DNA of 64,000 bases from Leucoraja erinacea (Eukaryota): assembly GCF_028641065.1 (NCBI RefSeq), contig NC_073379.1:186001-250000 (forward strand), in the 5' to 3' direction. The notes below the pieces were generated by a model. The model saw only the letters and a program-made list of their open reading frames with translations. It did not search any database and was not told the origin of the DNA. Of the stretch, positions 39,319 to 50,999 are shown piece by piece (the first letter of the stretch is position 1; each line of letters begins with the position of its first letter). The position numbers and the translations under genes are program-made.

Positions 39319-39759
39319 GAGCTGGAGGAACTTGGTGGGTCAGGCAGCATCTGTGGAGCAAATGGATAGATGTATCTGTTTGGAATCCTTCAGACTGGAG
39401 TGGGGAAAGCTGGGAAAGTGAGGTGAGGTGAGGTAATGCTTAGCAAGTGATGGGTGGGTAAGGTGAGGAGTTGAGTGTGGAGTAAGTGACAAAGGCTGGA
39501 GATGGAAAGGTAAGAATGTTTCAGAAGGCGAGGAGAATGTTTCAGAAGGTGAAATGTAAAGCTTGTGGGAGGTATAGGGGAGTAATGGGACAGGGTGGGG
39601 GTGAAGGGGGTAAAAGGGAAATGTGGCACTTTGAGAGGGAGAAGAGGATACTGATGGAAACTCCCATCTTACCCTGCACCCCCACCCTGGTGCCCACACT
39701 TCCCCAACACCTCAGTCACTGCTCCTACCCCTCTGTAAGCTAATTTCTCATTCCTGAGT

Positions 39760-40070
39760 CTTATATTTTCCTCCTTCCCCTTGCACCTTTATCCATCCCT
39801 CTGGCTTTGCATTTCAATGCTCTCATCTTCTTATCTGACAACCTTTGTGTCCTTTTCACCTCCAGCCTCTGTCACTTACTTCATTCATCTGCCAACCACC
39901 CCCTCACCTGTATCCACCTATCACTCGCCAGGCTTTGTCCTGCTCCCATCTCTCTGCCCACTTTCTCTGACATATTCCACAGTCTGAAGAAGGTTCATGA
40001 CCCAAAATGTCTGTCCATTCACTTTGTGTCAGCAAGATAGTGCCTGACCCACTGAGGACCTCCAGCACTG
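39760..40070 (+). mobile_element. Penelope-type terminal repeat with degenerate hammerhead core
   Basis: cctgtatccacctatcact...agtCTGAAGAaggttcatgacccAAAAtgtc. Confidence 0.55.
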
Positions 40071-40429
40071 TTTAGACCTAGTTATATTCCCTGGTTAAAT
40101 TAGCGCTAACGTTATAGTTTAATATTCATGGCCTTAATTTTAAGCCAATTATAATTTATTAATCCAGCCCATTCAGTGGTTTCTACTTTGGAGAAATAGC
40201 ATGGAAATTGGCCCTTCGGACCATTGAGTTTATTATCTTTTTTTCTTTCCCCCCTACATGTTGGGTCTGAGTGCTTCCCTTCTCTGCCTCCTGCCTCACA
40301 CACTGTCTACTAGCTGTCTCTATTTAAGTCCCTCCCCCCAAACCATTCTGGTTTAAAGTCTCCCCAGTAGCCTTTGCAAATCCCCCCGCCAGGATATTGG
40401 TCCCCCTCGGGGTCAACTGATTACTTAAA

Positions 40430-40799
40430 GGGGTTTTGTGTAATTTTGAGGGGTTCCGAGGGGATTAGTGGGATTTAGTGGGTTTTTGGGGTGTTTAGAG
40501 TGGATAGGATGGGGTTTAGAAGGGTTTAGATTGGATTTCAGTTGGGCTTTGGGTAGGTTCGATGGGTTTAGAGGTGTTTAGAGAGGTTCATATGGTTTCA
40601 GAGGGGTTTAGAGTGGTTTTGAAGCGTTTCGAGTGGTTCATAGAGGTTCAGAGGAGTCAGAGGGATTTAGAGGGGTTTGGAGGGAGTTACGGGTGTTCAG
40701 ATGGGTTCAGAGGGGTTTAAAACTGATTTGAGAGGGGTTTTTTTTTTAAGATTTCAGAGGGTTTTTTTTTTCGAGAGGGTTTAGAGAGGTTTTTTTGGG

Positions 40800-40830
<31 letters not shown>

Positions 40831-42560
40831 TTAGTTGGGTTTTAGAGTGGTTTCAGAGGGGTTTAGAGGGGTTTAGATGGGGTTGTTAGATTTTTAGAGG
40901 GGTTTAGAGAGGAGGGGTTTGGAGGGAGTTACGGTTTTTGTTCAGGGTTGTTCAGAGGGGTTTTAGGGGTGTTTTAGGGGGGTTTAGGGGGGTTTAGAGG
41001 GTTTAGTTTTGGGTTCAGTTGGGTTAGGTTCCGGAGGTTTCAGAGGGGTTTAGATGTTTTAGGGGGGGTTTAGATGATTTAGAGGGGTTCAGAGGGGTTC
41101 AGAGGTGTTTAGAGGGGATTTTTTAGAGGGGTTTTAGGTTAGGGTTCCGGTCGGTTTAGAGGGTTTTAGAGGAGGTTAAGTGGGATTAGAGGTTGGTGTT
41201 TTCAGAGGGGGTTTAGAGGGGGTTTAGAGGGGTTTTTTTGAGGGGTTCAGAGAGGTTCACCATTTCGAGGGTTTTAGGGTTTAGTAGGGGGGTTTTTAGG
41301 GGGGTTTAGAGGGGGTTCACAGGGGGTTCAGAGGAGTTTAGAGGGTTGGGTTTAGGCAGGTTGAGATCTGAAGGGCATTAGATGGGGTTCAGAGGGGGTT
41401 TAGAGGGGTTTCAAAGTTAGGTGTCAGAGGGGTTTAGAGGGGTTTAGAGGGGTTTAGGAGGGGTTAGAGGGGTTCAGTGGAGATCGGAGGGATTTAGATG
41501 GGTTGAGAGGAGGTTAGAGGGGTTCAGAGTGGTTTAAAGGTATCAAAGGTATTTTATTGGTCACATTCACATACACCTAGGTGTAGTGAAGTGAAATGCT
41601 TCTTGCCATTTTGCAGCACATAAAGAAGGAATACAGACATAACATTAATAAGAGTTTTAAACATAAAGAACATCCCCCACAATGGTTCCCATTGTGAGGG
41701 AAGGCACAAAGTCCAGTCCCCAACCCCAGTTCACCTATAGTTGGGCCTATTGAGGCCTCCACAGTTGCCTCTACAGAGGCCCGATGTTCCTGGCCGTTCT
41801 CACCGGGTGATGTTGCTCCGGCGTCGGGAGAATCCTCTCAGCGGCCTGGGAACCCTGGAACAGCCGCTTCCATACTGGAGGCTGCGGCTTCCAAAGCCAA
41901 CAAGGCCACGCCGGTTGGAGCTCCACAACTGGCGATCTCATCTAGAGATCCCAGGCTCCCGGTGCAAAGTCAGCACCGCCACCCGCAGCTGATCGCTCCA
42001 CAGTCCCGCAGCTCCGTGATGTTTTCCTCAGCGATCTTCAGCTCACCGGAGCTCCAGCGCGGCGACCCGGGCAAGGCATCGCCCGCTCCGCTTCGTGATA
42101 GCGCTCCAACGCTGTGCCGCCGCCGAAGCCGAGTTCTGGGCGGTCCCCGACAGGAAACGACGCTCCAAGCCCGCCGGTAGAGAAAAGCTGCCTCTCCGAC
42201 CAGGTAGGGACCCTGAAATATAGTTTCCCCCTCACCCACCCCCACATAAAAAAGTCTAGACCTCCAAACAAAACACTTAACTAACTAAAATAAAAAATAA
42301 AAGAGGGGTTTAGAGGAGTTCAGAGGGGTTTAGAGGAGTTTAGAGGGGTTCAGAGGAGATCGGAGGGATTTAGTTGGGTTGAGAGGGGGTTAGAGGGGTT
42401 CAGAGTGGTTTAGAGGACTTCAGGGGGGTTTCTGGGTTGTTTAGATGGCTTTCGATTTGTATAGAGGGGTTTAGATCTGTTCAGAGGGGTTCATATGTGT
42501 TTAGACGGGTTCAGAGGGGTATAGTCATTTAGAGGGTTCAGAGAGTTTCAGAGAGTGGTG
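40430..42560. repeat. G-rich 10-bp satellite (TTTAGAGGGG)n, degenerate, with a non-coding insertion at about 41537-42301
   Basis: Direct reading. Confidence 0.9.
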
Positions 42561-42569
42561 CAAAAAGTG

Positions 42570-43900
42570 CGAGGCGCCTTCGAAAAATAGGAGACTTGTG
42601 AGAAAAGCACGAGCCTGCTACGAAAAGAGCGAGCCTGGTACAAACAGTGCGATCCTGGTGCGAAAACTGCGATCCTGGTGCGAAAACTGCGAGCGTGGCG
42701 CAAAAAAGTGCGAGCTGTCTGCGAATAATGCCAGCCTGGTGCTAAAAGTGCGAGCCTGGTGCTAAAAATGCGAGCTGGTGCGAAAGGTGTGAGCCCGGTG
42801 CTAAAAGTGCGAGCCCGGTGCTAAAAGTGCGAGCTGTCTGCGAATAATGCCAGCCTGGTGCTAAAAGTGCGAGCCCGGTGCTAAAAGTGCGAGCCCGGTG
42901 CTAAAAGTGCGAACCCGGTGCTAAAAGTGCGAGCCCGGTGCTAAAAGTGCGAGCTGCTAAAGTGCGAGCCCGGTGCTAAAAATGCGAGCCCGGTGCTAAA
43001 AATGCGAGCCCGGTGCTAAAAGTGCGAGCCCGGTGCTAAAAGTGCGAGCCCGGTGCTAAAAGTGCGAGCCTGGTGCTAAAAGTGCGAGCCTGGTGCTAAA
43101 AGTGCGAGCCTGGTGCTAAAAGTGCGAGCCCGGTGCAAAAAGTGCGAGCCCGGTGCTAGAAGTGCGAGCCCGGTGCGAAAAGTGCGAGCCCGGTGCTAAA
43201 AGTGCGAGCCCGGTGCTAAAAGTGCGAGCCCGGTGTGAAAAGTGCGAGCCCGGTGCTAAAAGAGCGAGCCCGCTGCTAAAAGTGCGAGCCCGCTGCGAAA
43301 AGTGCGAGCTCGGTGCGAAAAGTGCGAGCTCGGGGGGAAAAGTGCGAGCTCGGTGCTAAAAGTGCGAGCCCGGTGCCAAAAGTGCGAGCGCGGTGAGAAA
43401 AGTGCGAGCTCGGTGCTAAAAGTGCGAGCCCGGTGCGAAAAGTGCGAGCCCGGTGCGAAAAGTGCGAGCTCGGTGCTAAAAGTGCGAGCCCGGTGCTAAA
43501 AGTGCGAGCCCGGTGTGAAAAGTGCGAGCCCGGTGTGAAAAGTGCGAGCCCGGTGCTAAAAGTGCGAGCCCGGTGCGAAAAGTGCGAGCCCGGTGTGAAA
43601 AGTGCGAGCCCGGTGCTAAAAGTGCGAGCCCGGTGCTAAAAGTGCGAGCTCGGTGCTAAAAGTGCGAGCCCGGTGCTAAAAGTGCGAGCCCGGTGTGAAA
43701 AGTGCGAGCCCGGTGCTAAAAGTGCGAGCCCGGTGCTAAAAGTGCGAGCCCGGTGTGAAAAGTGCGAGCCCGGTGCTAAAAGTGCGAGCCCGGTGCTAAA
43801 AGTGCGAGCCCGGTGCTAAAAGTGCGAGCCCGGTGTGAAAAGTGCGAGCTCGGTGCGAAAGCTGCAAACCTCGTCTGCAAACTACGATCCGGGCGCACAA
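42570..43900. repeat. 20-bp tandem satellite (AAAAGTGCGAGCCCGGTGCT)n
   Basis: Highly homogeneous units at about 42860-43860. Confidence 0.97.
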
Positions 43901-45197
43901 GCTCCAAGCCTGGTGCGAAACGAGCAAGCCTCAGTAAACGGGGAATTAGGGGAGGGCACTAATACATGGGGCATTAGGGCAGCGCAATATTAAATGGTGA
44001 ATTAGAGGAGGACACCAGTAAATGGGGATTTCGGGGATAGCACCAGCAAATGGGAATTTAGTGGAGGGCTCCAGTAAACAACGGCGCAGCGGTAGTTCCT
44101 GCCTCACAGGTTCAGAGACCCTTGTTAGATTCCGACCACGGCCGCCGTCTGCACGGTTTGTACGTTCCACCCGTGACCGCGTGGATTTTCTCCAGAGATG
44201 CAGCCAGCCCTGCAGTTACTCCAGCTTTTTGTGACCGCATATGTTGTTTCTGTGTTTCTCAGCTCAAGCTATCCAGCACGGCGACACAGCGGTAGTGTTG
44301 CTGCCTTACAGCGCCAGAGACCCGGGATCAATCCCGAACAAGGTTGCTGTCCACATCTTCATTTTCCTCCCAACTCCAAAGATGCACAGATTTGTAGATA
44401 TACGGGTTTAAATGTAAATAGTCCCCAGTGTGTACGAGCCTGCTACGAAAAGAGCGAGCCTGGTACGAACAGTGCGATTCAGGTGGGAAAAGTGCGACAT
44501 AGGCGCAAAAAGTGCCAGCCTGGTCCGAAATGTGCGGGCCTGGTGCGAAAGCTGCGAACCTCGCTGGAAAATGAGAGCAGGGCGCACAAGCTGCGAGCCC
44601 TGGTGCAAAAACAGCAAGCCTCAGTAAATGGGGAATTAGGGAAGCGCACTCTTAAATGTGGAATTAGGGAGCGCAGCGTTAATTGGTGAATCAGAGGAGG
44701 ACACCAATAAATGGGGATTTAGGGGACCCGGGTTCGATTCCGACCACGGCCGCCGTCCGCACGGTTTGTACCTCCTCCCCGTGACCGCGTGGATTTTCTC
44801 CAGAGATGCTGCCTGCCCCGCTGTTACTCCAGCTTTTTGGGACCACGTATGTTATATCTGTGTTTCTCAGCTAAAGCTATCCAGCACGGTGGCACAGCGG
44901 TGGAGTTGCTGCCTTACAGCGCCGGGGACGCGGGTTCAATCCCGACCAAGGGTGCTGTGTGTATGGAGTTCGTACGTTCTCTGCCTGACCGCGTCGTTTT
45001 CTCCGACATCTTCGGTTTCCTCCCAAACTCCAAAGACGCATAGGTTTGTAGGTATACAGGTTTAAATGTAAGTTGGCCCCAGTGCGTGTAGGACATTCGA
45101 GACCCTTTTCTCCAGAGATGTTGTCTGTCACGCTGGGTTACTCTAGCATGTTGTGTCATTCTTCGGTTGAAACCTGCATCTGCAGCTCCTTCCTGTG

Positions 45198-45742
45198 CGA
45201 GGGGTTTAGAGGTGCTTCAAGGGGTTTAGAGAGGTGTAGAGGGGCCTAGATGGGTTTAAATGTGTTTACAGGGGGTATAGAGGGGTTTAGAGGTGTCTGG
45301 AAAGATTTGGGTTTAGAGGGACTTGGAGAGGTTTACAGGGTTTTAGAGCGGCTGAGAGATGTTTGGAGGGGTTTCTAGAGGTTTCGATGTGTTTAGAGGG
45401 TTGTGTTTGGAGGGGTTTAGGGGTCTATAGAGGGGGGTTTAAATTGGTTTGAAGAGGGGTTCGAGAGGTTTAGAGGGGTTGAGAGGTTATTGGAGGGGTT
45501 TAGAGCCGTTTAGAGGGCTTTAGTGGGGCTTCGGGGGGTTTAGAGGTGTTTTGATGGGTTTCGATGGGTTTAGAGGTGTTTCTAGGGGGTTTAGAAGGGT
45601 TCATAGTAGTTTACATGGATGTAGATGGGGCTTGGAGTAGCCCCTGGAGGTGTTTAGAGGGGATTAGAAGGGTTTAGAGGTGTTTAGCGGTGCTTAGAGC
45701 TTAGGGATCTCGACGGGTTTAGAGGGTTTTCGACGGCTTTAA
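45198..45742. repeat. Second block of (TTTAGAGGGG)n satellite
   Basis: Direct reading. Confidence 0.88.
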
Positions 45743-45745
45743 AAG

Positions 45746-47105
45746 GGCAAATGCAGTCAGCTGTTTGGCTTGGCCTGTCCTGTCCTTGAAACTGCAATGG
45801 CAATGGGAGTGAAATGCAAATGCAGTCAGCTGTTTGGCTTGGCCTGCCCTGTCCTTCGAACTGCAATAACAGTGGGAGTAAAATGCAAACGCAGTCAGCA
45901 GTTTGGTGTGGCCTGCCCAGACCTTGAAACTGCAATGGCATTGGGAGTGAAATGCCAATGCAGTCAGCTTTTTGGCTTAGCATGTCCTGTCCTTGAAACT
46001 GCAATGACATTGGGAGCGAAATGCAAAGGCAGTCAGCTGTTTGGCTTGGCCTGCCCAGTGCTTGAAACTGCAATGGCAGTGGGAGTGAAATGCAAATGCA
46101 GTCACCTGTTTGGCTTGGCCTGCGCTGTCCTTCAAACTGCAATGGCAGTGGGAGTGAAATGCAAATGCAGTCAGCTGTTAGGTTTGGCCTGACTGTTCTT
46201 GACACTGCAATTGCACTGGGAGAGAAACGCAAATGTAGTCAGCTGTTTGGCTTGGCCTGCCCTGTCCTGCCCTGTACTTGAAACTGTAATGGTATTGGAA
46301 GTAAAATGCAATGCAGTCAACTGCTTGGCTTGGCCTGCCCTGTCCTTGAAACTGCAATGGCGGTGGGAGTGAAATGCAAAGGCAGTCAGCTCTTTGACCT
46401 GGCCTACCATATACTGCCCTGTCCTTCAATTTGCAATGGCAATGGGAATTAAATGAAAATGCAGTCAGCTGTTTGGCTTGGCCTGCCCTGTCCTTGAAAC
46501 TGCAATTGCAATGGGGGTGAAATGCAAATGCAGTCAGCTGTTTGGCTTCACCTGCCCTGTCCTTGAAACTGCAATGGCAGTGGGAGTGTAATGCAAATGC
46601 AGTCAGCACTTTGGCTTAGCCTGCCTTGTCCTTGAAACTGCAATAGCAGTGGGAGCGAAATGCCAATGCTGTCAGCTGTTTGGTTTGGCCTGCCCAGTGC
46701 TTGAAACTGCAATGGCAGTGGGAGTGAAATGCAAATGCAGTTAGCTCTTTGACATGGCCTGCCATATACTGCCCTGTCCTTCAACTTGCAATCGCAATGG
46801 GAATGAAATGCTTGAATCTGCAGTGGGAGTGAAATGCAAATGCAGTCAATTCAATGGCTTGGCCTGCCCAGTCCTACCCAGTCCTACCCTGTCCTTGAAA
46901 CTGCAATGGCATTGGGAGTGAAATGCAAATACAGTCAGCTGTTTGGGTTGGCCTGTCCTGTCCTTGTAATTGCAACGGCACGGGAGTGAAATGCAAATGC
47001 AGTCAGCTGTTTGGCTTGGACGGCCCAGTGCTTGAAACTGCAATGGCAGTGGGAGTGAAGTGCAAATGCAGTCAGCTCATTGGTTTGGCCTGCCCTGTCC
47101 TGCAC
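45746..47105. repeat. 69-bp tandem array (about 19 units) carrying octamer and E-box motifs
   Basis: Unit gggagtgaaATGCAAATgcagtCAGCTGtttggcttggcctgccctgtccttgaaactgcaatggcagt; octamers at 46090 and 46159 are 69 bp apart. Confidence 0.95.
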
Positions 47106-47109
47106 TGCT

Positions 47110-47430
47110 TCACTCCATCAGTACTATTCCACAGTGTCATTCCAGCAGTGCTACCATACAGGGTCACTTCAATCAGTACTACCCACATAATGTCAGTCCA
47201 TCTGTACCACCACAATGTGTCCTTCCATCAGTACTGCTCCACAGTGTTTCACTCCACCAGTACCACCACAGTATGTCACTCCATCAGTACCACCACAGTG
47301 TGCCCCTGAGTCACTCTACCAGTACCACCACAGTTTGCCTCTCCACCAGTACCACCATAGTGAGTCACTGCATAAGCACCACCACATTGTGCCCCTCCAA
47401 CAGTACCACCACAGTATGTCACTCCATCAG
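47110..47430. repeat. Degenerate minisatellite (CAGTACCACCACAGT-based, about 28 bp)
   Basis: Direct reading. Confidence 0.8.
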
Positions 47431-48325
47431 TGGACGGAGAGAAGACAGCCAGAGAGGGGAAATAGAGAGCGTAAGAGAGAGAGAGTAACCGTTCAGAGAG
47501 AGTGACAACAGTAAGGATGGAGGGAGAAAAAGAGAGGAGGGAGAGGTGCTGCATCATTCGCCATTTTATTTAGGCTTAGGACAATTCTGAGGCGGCAATG
47601 TTTCTGTTTGAATGTCGTGAGTCTTTGGGTCGTTCCTCCCCAGAGGTGATGAAGGAAGGCAGAGAATGTTATTGCCCCGTGATATAGTCAGATCTATTCC
47701 AGGCAAGCAGGGAGTGAATGGTTTACCGGGGTCCGTCAGCGGGAATGTGGGGTTGAGGTTACAGTTAGTGAAGCCGCGATCACATTGAGTAGTGAAGCAG
47801 AGTGGAAAGGACATTTTAGTCCGGGGTAATCTGTTGAACTAATTCCTCAACCTGTGGACAAAGTTGCCCAATCCAGGCCACCTTCAAACTGGGCACCAGA
47901 AGCCCTGAGAGGGTCCCTGGAATTTGGCATTGCCTTGCTGAGTGAAACGGATTGAAGGAAATCAGACAAACAACATGAGGTGGAGAGGTAGATCTGATGG
48001 AGTTTGAAACAATATCCCCTTTGCCTGAACAATGCCGCCGTCACAATTTCCACCCCTCAGTATCTATCGCCACAATTCCCAGTCCTTAGCGTTTCTCAAT
48101 CAATTCCCTGAATAAATCACAACCTATCTCAGCAGGGATTTCAATCGGCTGGCTGATGTCATCGGTTTGCGAATCATTCTAAATCTCTATTTTTAAACTC
48201 TGTTGAAACTCCACTGCCCCGGCGGAGACGGAAAATTGTATAAAATCTCAAGGAATGTTCTGCCCCAGCATTTAATTGCGAGAGATTACAGGAAACTCAC
48301 GGGGAACCGTCGCTGGGCAGAGAAA

Positions 48326-48401
48326 ATGGGGGAAAAGCTGAGGGAATATTACGGCGTGCAGAAAATCCTGTACGTGATCATTGCTGCCGTTGGAGTCCCT
48401 G
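48326..48401 (+). CDS. GPR139/GPR142-like GPCR exon 1
   Basis: ATG...QKILYVIIAAVGVP G|GTAAG, phase 1 inside TM1. Confidence 0.85.
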
Positions 48402-49426
48402 GTAAGTGAGTGAGTGAGCAGAACAATTCAAGTTTTATAACTCCATCCGTGTGAGTGTTAACTGGTGTTCACCTGATTCTGATCATGTTACAAGTTCCCA
48501 ACAGGTGATCGTTATGCAAGAATATGTGAGCACTCCTCTCAGTGAAATATTTTTGAATTAACGCTGTGATGTTTCTTATTTTTCAAACAGGTGAAAATAA
48601 CCCTATTTTTCTCTCACTGATCAGAGTGAACAGCCGCTCTTGTGGACACTGTCTCACTGTGGAGTCTGTCTGCCACAGTCGGATTCCACCCACAGCCTGT
48701 TGGTCAATAATTGGATCNNNNNNNNNNNNNNNNNNNNNNNNNNNNNNNNNNNNNNNNNNNNNNNNNNNNNNNNNNNNNNNNNNNNNNNNNNNNNNNNNNN
48801 NNNNNNNNNNNNNNNNNNNNNNNNNNNNNNNNNNNNNNNNNNNNNNNNNNNNNNNNNNNNNNNNNNNNNNNNNNNNNNNNNNNNNNNNNNNNNNNNNNNN
48901 NNNNNNNNNNNNNNNNNNNNNNNNNNNNNNNNNNNNNNNNNNNNNNNNNNNNNNNNNNNNNNNNNNNNNNNNNNNNNNNNNGGAATGAATCCATTAACGG
49001 AGCCTCTCTGCGGCCAGATTCGAAGTTGTACCTGCTTTCCCTCTGGAACCCTCCTCGTCCCCATCAGATGTCGAGTTCCCAGAGCCCTGGGTAAACGCGA
49101 CAGGTCACGGTTAAGCCTGTGAAACCGGCCCCATCAGAGACGGCGAGCAGCAGGGTTAACTATAGGAAGGACCATTGCGCCTACTGTAGTGGGTGGCTGC
49201 TCGTTCCCTTCCCGCCCTTTACCCCGTCCGCCCGTCGCCTTATCTCTTATCCCCGAAGCAGGCAGGCAGGTCGGGCACAGTCGGAGCCGGCTCTCACATT
49301 GTTAAACTTGCAGCCGCCGCGCACCGACTCCAACACTCCTGATCTTGAGCTGGAAGTCGAGCCGGTGTTCAGCCCCGGAGATCGTGTTCATTAATGCCCA
49401 GTGTCCGTTTCCTTCCCTTTCCGTAG

Positions 49427-50333
49427 TGAATTTAGTGGCGATTGTGATCCTGTCCCGGGGAAAGTGCGGCCTCTCCACCTGCACCACTCGCTACCTGGTG
49501 GCCATGGCAGCGGCCGATCTACTGGCCGTCATCACCGAGGTCATTTTGTATTGGATCAAATATCATTACTTTTATTGGAGTTTCCTGTCCATCACCCCTG
49601 TGTGCAGTGTTAACGCTGTACTGAAGTTTGCAGCTACAGACTGCTCTGTCTGGTTCACCGTCACTTTCACCTTTGATCGGTTTGTCGCCATTTGTTGCCA
49701 GAAGCTGAAAACAAAATATTGCACCGGGAAAACTGCGGCTGCGGTTCTGCAACAGCCGGCGTTCTGCTCTGTCTGAAAAACGTTCCCCGCTACTTCACAC
49801 GGGAACCCTGGAGAATCATCGACAATGTCCCGTGGGGCTGTGCCATTGTGGACAAGGTTTTTACTGACCCCGGGTGGGTGGCATTTGATTGGGTCGACAC
49901 GATTTTAACTCCGTTCGTCCCTTTCGCTGTAATCCTGCTGCTCAACGCTCTGACAGTCCGCCACATTTTAGTGGCCAGTCGGGTCCGTAAGGGGCTGAGG
50001 GGAGAGAGCAAGGGGGAGAACCGCAGTGACCCGGAGATGGAGAGCAGGAGGAGGTCTGTGGTTTTACTCTTCACCATCTCCGTCAGCTTCATTCTCCTGT
50101 GGCTGACGCTGGTTGTAAACGTCGTCTATTATCAGATGGCAGGAATTGGAGTTGATATGAATGATTTTCAATATATCTTTAACAACGTCGGGTATTTGCT
50201 GAGGAATCTCAGCTGCTGCACCAACACATTTATTTACGCGGTTACCCAGTCCAAGTTCAGGGAGCAGGTGAAGTGCGCGGTGAAATATCCGCTCACCTCA
50301 ATGCTTCGGCTCATTAATAAATCCGAGCCCTGA
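49427..50333 (+). pseudogene. GPR139/GPR142-like rhodopsin-family GPCR exon 2 with a 1-nt deletion at about 49749
   Basis: ccgtag acceptor; NLVAIVILSRGKCGLS..YLVAMAAADL, SVWFTVTFTFDRFVAIC, LLLNALTVRHI, SCCTNTFIYAVTQSKFREQ; split over two ORF frames. Confidence 0.85.
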
Positions 50334-50334
50334 G

Positions 50335-50964
50335 CGCATGCATGGAAAGATACCCTAGCAGGGATGAGAGAGAGATGAACAACAATGGCAGGTATTTCTG
50401 GGAATAATACAGAAGATGCAGGATCAGTTCATTCCAAAGAGGGAGGAAGATTCCAAGGGGAATATGGGGCGACCGTGGCTGACAAGGGAAGTCAGGGACA
50501 GTATAAAAATTAAAGAGATGAAGTACAACATAGCAAAGATGAGCAGGAAGCCAGAGGATTGGATAATGTTTAAAGAACAACTGAAGATAACTAAAAAGGC
50601 AATACGGGGAGTAATTATGAGGTACGAAGGTAAACTTGCCAAGAATATAAAGGAGGATAGTAAAAGCTTTTCTTAAGTATGTGAAGAGGAAAAAACATAG
50701 TTAAGACCAAAGTTGGACACCTGAAGTCTGAAAAGGGTGAATTTATTATGGGGAACAAAGAAATGGCAGATGAGTTGAACATGTATTTCGGATATGAGGA
50801 GGACACAGACAATCTCCCTGGTGTACTAGTGGCCAGAGGATCTGGGGTGACGGAGGAACTGAAGGAAATCCACCTTTAGTGGTGTTGGGTAGACTGATGG
50901 GGCTGAAGGCTGATAAATCCCCAGGGCCTGATGGTCTGCATATTATTTTTTTTGTCTTTGTCTT

Positions 50965-50999
<35 letters not shown>

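Noticed and set aside
40430-41535. True interstitial telomere
   Set aside because: The dominant unit is a 10-mer; TTAGGG occurs only sporadically
40430-43900. Ig switch region
   Set aside because: G-rich and contains WGCW, but lies about 20 kb 3' of the C exons with no C gene downstream in the window
42570-47105. CRISPR-like arrays
   Set aside because: Head-to-tail tandem units without unique spacers, in vertebrate DNA with no cas genes
43153-47505. Cys-rich repetitive ORFs (metallothionein- or zinc-finger-like)
   Set aside because: Translation artefacts of the 20-bp, 69-bp and 28-bp tandem repeats; no splice or codon support
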